Assembly: GCF_001194135.2 (NCBI RefSeq)
Contig: NC_068988.1
Coordinates: 89,975,574-90,014,017 of the forward strand
Length of the DNA: 38,444 bases
Origin: Octopus bimaculoides
Lineage: Eukaryota
Reading direction: 5' to 3'
Of this stretch, positions 1 through 9,641 are shown piece by piece; position 1 is the stretch's first letter; each line of letters starts with the position of its first letter. A program made the translations under genes and the position numbers. The notes beneath the pieces were generated by a model that saw nothing but the letters and a program-made list of their open reading frames with translations, did no database searches and was not told the DNA's origin.

Positions 1-80
1 TATATATATACATATATAGAGGCGCGCCCACAGAGACATATTAACATATACATACATACATATATATGTATATGTATTAA

Positions 81-125
<45 letters not shown>

Positions 126-637
126 ATAAAAATTACATTAAATTGAAGTATTACTCATCACATTTCGAATTCATTATCAGTTTTCGTTGTAACAATTTAA
201 TAAAAATTATTACAGTATTATAATACGTCTTGCCACCACCGTTAGTAAGTTAGCACGAGCGTTTTGCTCCGCCTGTTTACCACTGCTCTTGCATGCATCA
301 GATTACCCCGTGAGTTAGTGATAAACCTCTGCCAATCCAGAAAATATCTAGCGACCAATTTAAATATGAATTAAATATTAAAAAGAACTTTTATTTTGTA
401 AGCTACTGTATTTGTAATTTATTCTAACTAGCCTTAAAATATATGTAGCTACGCTAAGATGGCTGTTTGCGTACTATGATATCATACATTTTTTGGTCTT
501 AGACTATCTTCTCTATGTTCCTGTAACATATCAGCTCAATATATTTAGTTCTGTGTATTTGTACCATATATTCATATGTACATTATAATTACATAAGGTG
601 TGTGTTTAAGTAAATGTATATAAAAAAACAAGCCAAG

Positions 638-825
638 ACTCCTTTGGTCACGTTTACCATGGGCTTTTACCTAGAAGATTCCTCTCCGAGGGATAAGTAG
701 AAGACCAGTAGTCGCCCATGCATGCTAGTCTCTGGTCTCTACGTCACCGATGTTCACCAAAGGAAAGACAAAATGCTGATGCAGCTTGTCAGCAATGACG
801 TCGTAACTCATTTCTACAACTGAGC
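638..825 (-). mobile_element. 5'-truncated tRNA/CORE-type SINE (3' body only); same family as 21029-21338
   Basis: The reverse complement (GTAGAAATGAGTTACGACGTC...GCATGGGCGACTACTGGTCTT...CCCATGGTAAACGTGACCAAAGG) aligns by eye to 21159-21338. The truncated end abuts a (TACA)n/(TA)n tract. Confidence 0.85.
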
Positions 826-835
826 ACACATATAC

Positions 836-866
<31 letters not shown>

Positions 867-891
867 CATACATACATACATATATATATAT

Positions 892-938
<47 letters not shown>
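826..938. repeat. compound (TACA)n/(TA)n microsatellite
   Basis: Seen directly in sequence. Confidence 0.97.
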
Positions 939-942
<4 letters not shown>

Positions 943-1448
943 TAGTAAATTATTGTACTTCTAATTAATAATTCAAGTCAATTGTTACTTTTCATTTGAT
1001 CCGTCCCAGTCATGAAAAGCCGTTAATGACACGAGATAGTGTTTGAACAAAACATTGATCGAACTACAGTGAAACTTAATCAGGAGCGATTCTTCACCAA
1101 AAAACAATTACAAGAATTTATCTTACAGTAATGTAAACACCAAAATTTATGAGTTTCTCTGCGTTGAAATAATGCTTTCAATGCAATGTAGTTTGTGGAA
1201 GCGGAAATTATTTCTTATCTATAAAATACTTAATAGTGTTGTAGAAGTTGCCTACTCCGTGGAATATCCGCTTGCAGTGTATTAGAATTACTGATATGTA
1301 TATACTTTATTATTAAAGCTGCAAAAAACGTTCACAGGAAATACAACAAAATCTGCTACTCAGAATTTCACATTCCCGTTCATCAAGAATCTTCATTACG
1401 AGTGCCCGATGAACGGCAACATGAAACTCTGAGTAGCAGATTTTCTGA

Positions 1449-1451
1449 TTT

Positions 1452-1486
<35 letters not shown>

Positions 1487-1488
1487 TT
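1449..1488. repeat. (TTTA)n microsatellite
   Basis: Seen directly; it accounts for the YLFI-repeat ORF 1402-1629. Confidence 0.95.
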
Positions 1489-1611
1489 TCTTGTGGCGTA
1501 TTTTCAGCTATAATAATAAAGCATATTATTCTACCTCCGGTATTCCAGTACTATTTTTTCAAATCTTGCTTCACATTATGGTGCTTGCTCCGGAATTCTT
1601 TTATTCTTTTT

Positions 1612-1713
1612 CCTCTTTCAGTCATTTGACTGTGTCCATGCTGGAGCACCGCCTTTAGTCGAACAAATCGTCCCTAGGGCTTATTCTTTGTAAGGCTAGC
1701 ACTTATTCTATCA
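1612..1713 (-). mobile_element. 3' fragment of a CORE-type SINE (probably the family of 23805-24205)
   Basis: The reverse complement reads GATAGAATAAGTGCTAGCCTTACAAAGAATAAG...CGATTTGTTCGACTAAAGGCGGTGCTCCAGCATGGACACAGTCAAATGACTGAAA. It partly matches 24150-24205 and matches the 3' end of a common octopus SINE as I recall it. Confidence 0.7.
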
Positions 1714-1757
1714 TTCGTTCTCACTCTCTTTATTATTTACTATCTTCCCATTAGTTT

Positions 1758-1858
1758 TTCTCTCCCCCTCTCTCTCTCTCCCTCTCTCTTTTTCTCTCTC
1801 TCTCCCTCTCTCCCTCTCTTTCTCTCTCTCTCCCTCTCTCTCTCTTTCTCTCTCTCTC
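1758..1858. repeat. (CT)n microsatellite
   Basis: Seen directly in sequence. Confidence 0.95.
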
Positions 1859-2139
1859 ACACGCTTCTGTTAAATGCTATTTCCATCATCCTCTATTTTT
1901 TTACTAACTTAGTCTTGCAATAAAATATTTTCCAGCGGGACCTTTAGAAATCCCATTTTTAATACGTATTCTTCATTCAATGTTCATGTATTAGTCTACA
2001 TACTTTCATGATACTGAACGTTCATCTTCAAAAACATTCCCGTATATTATAAATGTCGTTCTATACTTTGCGGTTCTTAAAATGTGACAGCCAAACCCGT
2101 TTTAACAGTAAAATTAACAGAGGCTTTTGTATATCATCC

Positions 2140-2600
2140 TCATTAACAATATCACTAACATCATCTTCTTCATCATCACAATCAATTTCATTATCATCCG
2201 CATGACCACTATCACCCTCATCATCCTTATCATTACAATGTCTATCATCATAACCTATACGCCATAACAACAATGCTATGATCATAATCATAGGCAGTAG
2301 CCGCAGCATGGTCGTTGTCTTTTTGCATTATCGACGTTATCATCGACCTCATCATTATAATGTCGTCGTCGTCGTCGTCGTTATCTTAATCTGACCTCCA
2401 CAACTATGATGTCAATCGTTATTATCACAATCATCATCTATATCAATGTCTTCCTCCATCTACCCCTCCCTTTCCTGCTCCTCCTGTGCCTCTTCCTCTT
2501 CTTCTTCCTCAACCTCCTTCCCCATCATCACTACTATCGTAGTCGTCGTAGTCCTCCTTCTCGTCATCGTCGTCGTCGTCGTCGTCAACATCAACACCTG
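2140..2600. repeat. degenerate (CAT/CGT/CTT)n trinucleotide low-complexity region
   Basis: Period-3 repeats; they account for ORFs 2061-2309, 2406-2666 and 2446-2697. Confidence 0.9.
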
Positions 2601-2999
2601 CAGTATTACCTATCGACGATACGTTCGGTTTTGTACCTTAGGTTTCCTTGGACATCGGAAAATTAAAAGATGGTTAAGGTTTCAATGTCATGGGTAACAG
2701 GCATCAGCGATGACTTAAGTCATATGCACTCTACGCAGTCTCCTAGTGGTCTCGTGGGTCTTGGAGACCTAAAATTGTACCTTCGCAAAATTTTGGCTCG
2801 CTGTCTATAAATCAAAACTACAAGGCTCTTTGCATTGGTTTTCCCGGGGGCTTATAATGCCGCAGAGACGGCTCTGACCGATCTTATGCCATTTTTGCCA
2901 GGAGCTAAACAACAACAGTTTTCATTGCTGATCATAACGAGGTTTGCCATCTCCACATTAATCCCTACCGTCACACAACGAACATCATGAAGGTCCGTA

Positions 3000-3561
3000 A
3001 TCATTAGAGCCTCTGTCATCCTCACCATTACCAGCACCACAATACTGTTACCAAATCCATCGCCAACACCGACACCACCATCAGCAGTACGAAAATTATC
3101 CCCACGAAATTATCTTCGCAACCAACACCAAAATGGTCGCCATAAACAGCACGAACGATCAGAAACGTAGCCACCAACAACATTGCCACAATGAATGCAT
3201 CCTCTACCACCAAAACCATCATCGCGACAAGTACGACTGCCAAAGTCATCAACACTAACATACTTCCATCGCTAAGACCATCAACGCGAAACAAACACTA
3301 CCACCAAGAAAAACTGTCGTCATCATTAATTCCATCATATCTCGCCAATTACATAATCATTAATGACTAAGAGAGCATCATCATCATCATCATCATCATC
3401 ATCGTCGTCGTCGTCGCCTTCGTCATCATCATCCCCATCATCATCATTATCATCATCTCCATCATCAACATTACCATCATCACCATCATCATCACCATCA
3501 TCACGATCATCATCATCATCATCATCATCACCACCACCACCAACAACAACAACAGCAACAA

Positions 3562-3596
<35 letters not shown>

Positions 3597-3656
3597 CCAC
3601 CACCACTACTACTACTACATCTGCCTTCANNNNNNNNNNAACAACAACAGCAACAA

Positions 3657-3691
<35 letters not shown>

Positions 3692-3719
3692 CCACCACCA
3701 CCACCACCACCACCACCAA

Positions 3720-3766
<47 letters not shown>

Positions 3767-4146
3767 ACTTCATCATCATCATCATAATAATAATCGTCTG
3801 CAATATCCCCATTATTACCATTCTAGTCATCACATTCCATCACACTCAACAACCGGCAATACTATTGCCCCACCACCACCACCACCATCCTCTACGACGC
3901 TACCTTTAGTAGCAGTACCATCACAACAAACAGCAATATAACATCAACACCTTGTTGCCACCACTACCATCGCTATCCTCATTATCATAATCACCACCAC
4001 CACCACCACCATCGTAACTACCATCACTATCATCTTCATCATCATCATCAGCAACCCCACCACCACCACCTATCCAACCAACAACCATCATTTCCACCAT
4101 CATTATATGCATCATTAACATCACCATCATCATCATCATCATTATT

Positions 4147-4180
<34 letters not shown>

Positions 4181-4274
4181 CGTCGTCGTCATCATTATCA
4201 CAACCACTACCACTTCCACCAGCACCGTCATCACCATTATCACTACCACCAGTATCCTCCCCTCCTCCTCCTCC
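3000..4274. repeat. large (CAT/CAC/CAA)n trinucleotide array, degenerate at the left and pure at 3378-3790
   Basis: Seen directly. The poly-His, poly-Ser and poly-Met ORFs are translations of this repeat. Includes a 10-N gap at 3630-3639. Confidence 0.95.
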
Positions 4275-4784
4275 NNNNNNNNNNNNNNNNNNNNNNNNNN
4301 NNNNNNNNNNNNNNNNNNNNNNNNNNNNNNNNNNNNNNNNNNNNNNNNNNNNNNNNNNNNNNNNNNNNNNNNNNNNNNNNNNNNNNNNNNNNNNNNNNNN
4401 NNNNNNNNNNNNNNNNNNNNNNNNNNNNNNNNNNNNNNNNNNNNNNNNNNNNNNNNNNNNNNNNNNNNNNNNNNNNNNNNNNNNNNNNNNNNNNNNNNNN
4501 NNNNNNNNNNNNNNNNNNNNNNNNNNNNNNNNNNNNNNNNNNNNNNNNNNNNNNNNNNNNNNNNNNNNNNNNNNNNNNNNNNNNNNNNNNNNNNNNNNNN
4601 NNNNNNNNNNNNNNNNNNNNNNNNNNNNNNNNNNNNNNNNNNNNNNNNNNNNNNNNNNNNNNNNNNNNNNNNNNNNNNNNNNNNNNNNNNNNNNNNNNNN
4701 NNNNNNNNNNNNNNNNNNNNNNNNNNNNNNNNNNNNNNNNNNNNNNNNNNNNNNNNNNNNNNNNNNNNNNNNNNNNNNNNNNNN
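4275..4784. other. assembly gap (others at 3630-3639, 18725-18888, 21361-22059, 24009-24018, 24457-24556, 29572-30013, 35719-36529)
   Basis: Runs of N; all but 24457-24556 are flanked by simple repeats. Confidence 0.99.
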
Positions 4785-4822
<38 letters not shown>

Positions 4823-5130
4823 GTATTAATAATAATAATAATAATAACAACAACAACAACAATAATAATAATAGTAATAATAATAATAATAATAATAAAA
4901 AAAGAAGAATAATAAACATGTAATATTATTAATACTACTATTATTAAACCAGAACGTCATTGACGACGACGATGATGATGGTGATGATGATGATGACGAT
5001 GATGATAATTTGATGATGATCATGATGATGATGTTGATAATGATGCTGCTGATGATGATGAGGGTGATAACGTTGATGATGATGATGGCGGTGGGGGTGC
5101 TGCTGATGATGATGATGTTGTTTAAGTAGT
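4785..5130. repeat. (TAA/CAA)n followed by (GAT/GAC)n trinucleotide arrays
   Basis: Seen directly, just after the gap at 4275-4784. Confidence 0.95.
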
Positions 5131-6110
5131 AATAGCAAGAACATTAACAATAACAATAAGGAAAAGGAAAATTAGTGTTGGTATCTCTGTAGCTTATTAT
5201 TTTTTTTTTGCCTGTCTTGTCCCCGTCGTCATCGTCGTCCCCGTCGTCATCGTCGTCTTCGTCATTGTTGACGTAGCTGATTCCCATCGGTTGCCTCTGT
5301 TCTGAGAAATTATTCGCAAAAATCGATCGATAAGCGAATGTCCGAGAGGAAATAGATTTGCCAAAGAAACACTCTCTCGCTCTCACTCTCTCACTCTCTC
5401 ACTCTTTCACTTTCTCTTTCTAAGGATAAAACGATGATAGAGATTACCGTTGCTGTTGTGGTTGATGATGATGGTGATTATGACGACGAGGAATTGAGGA
5501 GACGAAGACAAATAGGATGAAGATCAGCATCATGGTCATGATGATAGTGATGACAATGATGATGATGACCGTCATCATCATGATAATGATTTCCATAATA
5601 TCATTGTATCTTCTTTCGAAACAAATTCTCAGACAGCTGTAATGCGATTCTATAAACCTTTACAAAATACATGTTAAATATTAAATATTAAATAGCCTTT
5701 GGCTATTTTAAGAATCTCTTTCGTCTGTTCGTCTTCCATATTTGTTCTCGTTTTTCTAATTGTTTGTAAGGTTGGTTTTCTTTTATATATTCCTATTTTA
5801 TCTTTTTCTCTACTAAAATTCTTGATGAATATATGAAGGGTCGTAATGTTAATATCTTTTATATCTCACGGTAACTGTTGAAAATATTTCACTATGTATG
5901 CTGTCTATTTTAATTTATGTTATATCACATTCTAGCATTTAAATATCTTTGATGTAACTCAGTGACATCAAATCATATGGCAACTGTACATACATATATT
6001 CACACATATATACATATGTATGTATATACTCCCATACATGTTCATACATATATATATGTGTATGTGTGTATGTGTGTGTGTATGTATGTATGTATGTATG
6101 TATGTATGTA

Positions 6111-6337
6111 TGTGGAAGGGAGTGTGATTCAGCAGGAGGACTTAAACGACACGCAAAGGTACATGGAGCCCAGTTAGAACAACAGCCAGCTATTGCCAGT
6201 AAAGGTTTTGGATGCCAACTCTGTGCAAGACATTGTAGATCTTTGGCTGGGCTAAAAAGTCGCATTCGATCACAGCACTGTTACGTTGAGCTTCGTGCAA
6301 TGACCATACTCGATAACGAGGGGGCAGCCATCATCAT
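6111..6337 (+). mobile_element. extreme 3' end of an RTE-clade non-LTR retrotransposon (C-terminal zinc-finger region, short 3' UTR, (CAT)n tail)
   Basis: The frame of ORF 6066 reads CGRECDSAGGLKRHAKVH...CQLCARHCRSLAGLKSRIRSQH, i.e. two C2H2-like fingers of the kind found at RTE ORF ends. It is followed by ...CTCGATAACGAGGGGGCAGCC and CATCATCAT. Both sides are (TATG)n. Confidence 0.75.
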
Positions 6338-6381
6338 GTATGTATGTATGTATGTATGTATGTGTGTGTGTGTGTATGTAT

Positions 6382-6640
6382 ATCGTCATCATGGGTTGTC
6401 GTAAATCGGCGTTGACAGTTTTATTCAGAAAGAATCTTTTGCAGGCTTGCATGTGAGCTACAAGGCCTGCTCTACATCTCTGAACAAAACGCCCTGTACA
6501 GTATGGCGGTTGGCACCGACCCCAGCAGACCTCCTCGTTGAGCTTCTAAGCCATGCATCAACGATGAAGCTGCCGTGCAGTAGTGACTCCCTTGCTAGTT
6601 AATACCCAACTAATGGTGCAGATGTTCAGTTTAGTCGAAA
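6382..6640 (-). mobile_element. 3' end of a second RTE-like LINE with an (ATG)n tail
   Basis: The minus strand reads ...CTGRFVQRCRAGLVAHMQACKR, a degenerate terminal zinc finger, then ...TTTACGACAACCC ATGATGACGAT. The 5' boundary is approximate. Confidence 0.55.
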
Positions 6641-6744
6641 TAACATTCAAGCCATTGGTCGAAAACTACTCTGCGTTTTCGATTACCTAATGCCGACGTC
6701 TTCACTCTACCCATTGCACGGAAGCCCAAGGGGTTGCTAGAACT

Positions 6745-7915
6745 TTCCCAAAATGGAGCCCTAATTACGTTGTTTGTAACGGTTATACTAATATATCTCA
6801 CGCTTTGAGCCCTAGAACCAATCAAACACTGGGTAGAAAGTGAAAATATAAACAGATGTTTCGAAACAGACCTTATTACGAAGGTTATACGCCCGGTAAT
6901 TTACGAGAACACTTACCTTTGATGGGAAAATATATCAACAACTGAGGAACGCAGCTAAAGGGACAAAAGTTGCACCCTCGTATGCTAACCTGGGGATGGC
7001 TTTCTGGAAGAAAAACTATACGCGGAAACGTTGGCCCAACATTTTAAGACCTGAAAGTGGAAACGCTTCTTCGATGATCTCTTTATATTGGGGACAAATT
7101 AAATGATGGCTTGTCGTTCGCATACACTTATGTAAAGCTATGCAACTCAATAGTTACAGTGGATATATTTTGCAAAAATAAAAATGACACACACCAATAT
7201 CTGTTCATCAGTTCTAGTAATCCCTCACTCATCTCTAAAGGAAGATTCCATATACAATTGCCAATCATATTTGTGCAATTGTGATTCACTGAATCATATG
7301 TCAAATTCGAAGTAATTGAAAAACGTCCTAAAAAACAGAATCTTCTCTGAAAATTAATAAATAATGGAATTATAAAAGCAATGAGCGTTGACATTGTACA
7401 GAGTACACCTAGGAAACAATTAAAGAAAATACAATTCCGTTTATCAACACACACGATGCAGTTGTGAAAAACATATTCCATACTATAAAATTAAATGTGC
7501 TAATCCTTTTACAGAATGACAAATGAAAAATCTAGTTTATGAAAGCAAGAAACAGCAAACGTCAACCAAAATGTCTTAAAACAAACATCTCACAAGGCTA
7601 AAATTCACACTAGAGGCTAAATCAAAATTTTCCGTGAAGGGCTGTAATACAATAATTGTGGAATACTCAGTAACAACAATTTCAAATATTTGGGTTCTGG
7701 TTCTCATGTAAAATTTCAAACTGGATTCTCCTTCCAAACAAATCGAAATATGAATTTTTAAGACACAGAAACACTTCATAATCTGCCCCAGTTGCAAAAA
7801 GAATAATATTAGTGAAACAGCACTTTCTTTTGACAATATGCAAGATTCCATAGACAATATGTCTGACAAAAAGTATTATGTAAGATTCCGATGACTGCCA
7901 TATATAAGATACACA
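6745..7915 (+). mobile_element. decayed Penelope-like element: reverse transcriptase plus GIY-YIG endonuclease, with many stops and frameshifts
   Basis: Collinear motifs across frames: YTNISH; DGKIYQQLRNAAKGTKVAPSYANL; FLEEKLY...KWKRFFDD (catalytic DD); DTHQYL..SS; IPYTIA..IC; IPFINTH; NSKRQPKCLK; IICPSCKKNNISET (GIY-YIG second strand); HRQ..KIPM. The element may start near 6645. Confidence 0.88.
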
Positions 7916-7962
7916 TATACGATCATCCCCAGGGGATGATATACCCCACCACACCACCGCAG

Positions 7963-8551
7963 GGCTAAAATATGTTTGTGACGTATTTCAACTGATAAAA
8001 GGCAAATCCAATGCAGTTACCGTACAGAAAATATCTCTCGCATGGTAAAAGGTTCTGAAGACACCCAGTTTGTTCAGTGTGGCCATCTATCTGGAGTCCA
8101 AGATGTCGATGTTTCGAGTTATTTTTACTCTTGACAATGGAATGTTCCTAAGAGAGGCAATTGCTTTATGTAAAATTCAGTCAAAAACGTTGACTAATTT
8201 CTGCTAGGATACAACTCGATCGTGGAAAAAAACGAAATGCTAAGGCCAAGCAGTATTTGAAATACATCAGAAACATATTTTATTTAACCTAAATTTTGCT
8301 TATGTTTGGCTCTAACATTTCGTTATTTTCCTCGATCAGATGATCTATCAGCGCAAATCTTATAAATAGTTGCTTCTCTTAGGTAAAAACTCGAAACATC
8401 GATGTCTGGGATTCCTGACTGATGGCGACATTGAACAAAGTGGGTGTCTTCACACCTTTTTTTTTTACCATAAGACAGATATTTTCTGAACGGCAATTTC
8501 CAGTTAATTTGCCTTTTAGCAGTTGAAATATGTCACAAGTATATTTTAACC
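7963..8551. repeat. ~590-bp imperfect fold-back: two tail-to-tail copies of a ~260-290-bp unit
   Basis: The left arm GGCTAAAATATGTTTGTGACGTATTTCAACTGATAAAAGGCAAAT... matches the reverse complement of the right arm GGTTAAAATATACTTGTGACATATTTCAACTGCTAAAAGGCAAAT... along its length, about 75-80% identity by eye. Confidence 0.9.
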
Positions 8552-8564
8552 AAAATTTTGCTTT

Positions 8565-8566
<2 letters not shown>

Positions 8567-8661
<95 letters not shown>

Positions 8662-8665
8662 ATCA

Positions 8666-8705
<40 letters not shown>

Positions 8706-8706
8706 G
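8567..8706. repeat. (TA)n-(TG)n-(GA)n compound microsatellite
   Basis: Seen directly in sequence. Confidence 0.97.
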
Positions 8707-9532
8707 TGTAATGTACCTGACCCGTGGATTATGACGGAGAGGACCCATTTTGTTCGAATGAGTTCTCCAATTGCAACTCTAGGATTCAAACTGAATGGAA
8801 TTAGTTACAAATATAAGTATCAAATTTACAGATACTTTTCGAGTTTTGCATTGCTATACATCTGTGCTATCTTTTATGTATTTTGACCATGTTCGAAACA
8901 CTGTAAAATTTCTTCTTTTTTTTACTTTTCGAACTTCAGTCGGCGATCTTTTTCTGTTCACAGACATGGTAAAACTAACAATCGCGTGTGCCTTATAATT
9001 CCAAACAAAGCCGTACAATAAATGAAGACATGACTGATTTTCAAAATTGCTAATTCCTTCGACATGTCATTAACTTTTGTGCGATTTTTTTTTTTTAACA
9101 AAGAATAAGATCAAACTGTTAGAGGAAGACCAACTCGTGATAATTTTGGCAATTAGAAGCATAAGATGCGATCATCAAGAAAGCGGCAGAGACACCGCTT
9201 TGATGAAACGTTTTTATATGAATTTTACAAATGGAAACCGAATCTTTAATTTGTTTATTAACAACTACGTTACAACGTGATCTTAATGGCATTAGAATTA
9301 TTGGATAGTTTTTACGTCGTAGTTAACTAATGATGTATATAAGTATGCGTGTTCTCTGTATGTGGGAGTATATACCTATATCCGAGAGCTGGTGTAACAC
9401 TCTCTCGCTCCACCTGTGAAAATGCCCACTTTTCCTTCCTTTTTAACCGTCTACATATAATAGCGAACCCACCTCATCTCTAACAATTTGTTGACATTTT
9501 TCTCTCTCCTGTTTATTGATTTTTTGCAGAAA

Positions 9533-9641
<109 letters not shown>

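Noticed and set aside
2710-2723. Perfect 14-bp palindrome ATGACTTAAGTCAT
   Set aside because: About two are expected by chance in 38 kb, and there is no supporting context.
3363-3941. 192-aa Ser/His/Pro-rich ORF, the longest gap-poor ORF
   Set aside because: It is a translation of (CAT/CAC/CAA)n repeats, spans an N gap, and has no domain motif.
5218-5259. 18-bp tandem duplication GTCCCCGTCGTCATCGTC
   Set aside because: Simple slippage within the trinucleotide region.
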